Part shown: positions 63,430 through 64,000 of the stretch, in pieces
Position numbering within the stretch: the stretch's first letter is position 1
How the letters are laid out: each line of letters opens with the position of its first letter
Origin: Macrostomum lignano
Lineage: Eukaryota
DNA length: 64,000 bases
Reading direction: 5' to 3'
Assembly: GCA_002269645.1 (NCBI GenBank)
Contig: NIVC01000152.1
Coordinates: 372,001-436,000, forward strand
The notes under the pieces: model-generated
The model's database searches: none
Told to the model about the DNA's origin: nothing
What the model saw: only the letters and a program-made list of their open reading frames with translations
Translations under genes and position numbers: made by a program

Positions 63430-64000
63430 ATTCCACCTCAATATGTAGGTTGAAAGAAGACGGAAATCTTCTTCATGCCACTGGACCTACCTGCCGAGAT
63501 ATCACGCACCAAGATGCTGCCGGGGATGAGACCCCGCTTTCGCTCTGCCATATAATATCGTGTACCTCGATCGGCGGACTCGTGTTGGACATCGCCGGCG
63601 ACATAAGAAGAAGACGCGAGCTGCCCTGGGCCGTCTTACGCTTCGTGCACTCAATGCTACGATCTGGGGCTCTGGATGACGGGACCAGGGCTCAACTGTT
63701 TCGGGCAGTCGTCGAGACCGAGACTGTTCTGTTCTAAAACTCTGAGACCAGGAACCTGACGGATGCTCTGGAGAAACAGCTGGACGTCGCGTACTCTGCG
63801 ATGCTGCGCGGGCTTTGAGTCACGCTCTACATGTACGTCGCGCTCTACGCTAGGACCCGCCTAAAGCGGCCTTCTGACCTGCTGGTGCGAGAGGTGACTC
63901 AAGCTGGCTGGCCACGGTCGGAGAGTCGCTGCCGCGAGCCGTTACGGGACCTGCTATTGTGGACGGCGCAAGGTCCGCGTAGACGAGGCCAAGGGCGAAC
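63430..64000 (+). pseudogene. Non-LTR (RTE-like) reverse transcriptase C-terminal remnant, running off the window
   Basis: DIRRRRELPWAV...RAQLFRAVVETE.VLF*NSETRNLT.ALEKQLD.AYSAMLR and LWTAQGPRRRGQGR resemble the RTE consensus (DI.RRI..AW...K.RLFRA.VE.VLLYGSETWTL...LD..Y..MLR). Stops are present. Confidence 0.75.

Overview
Repeat-rich eukaryotic (metazoan) genomic DNA with spliceosomal GT-AG genes. TTAGGG tracts, an intron-containing USP gene and an RNF11 orthologue suggest a flatworm or other lophotrochozoan (inference). Most long six-frame ORFs are artefacts of stop-free minisatellites. Gene models, all with hand-checked exon phases: a 3-exon RNF11-like E3 ligase (-), a multi-exon DUF4419-like gene (+), a Gln/Pro/Gly/Trp repeat protein (-), a 4-EF-hand calmodulin-like gene (+) and a RING/B-box/coiled-coil TRIM-like gene (-). 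The 15.5-kb intron of the calmodulin-like gene appears to host a USP gene and a Na+/H+ exchanger gene on the opposite strand. The exchanger's last coding exon is interrupted by a full-length 6.3-kb THAP/P-element transposon. Other mobile DNA includes a 61-bp P-like micro-element, hAT-, MULE- and CACTA-like MITEs with target-site duplications (TSDs), a tRNA-derived SINE family, an RTE-like LINE remnant and a gag-less Gypsy element whose primer-binding site extends over about 68 nt of a tRNA-Ser. All family assignments come from motif recognition, not database searches.
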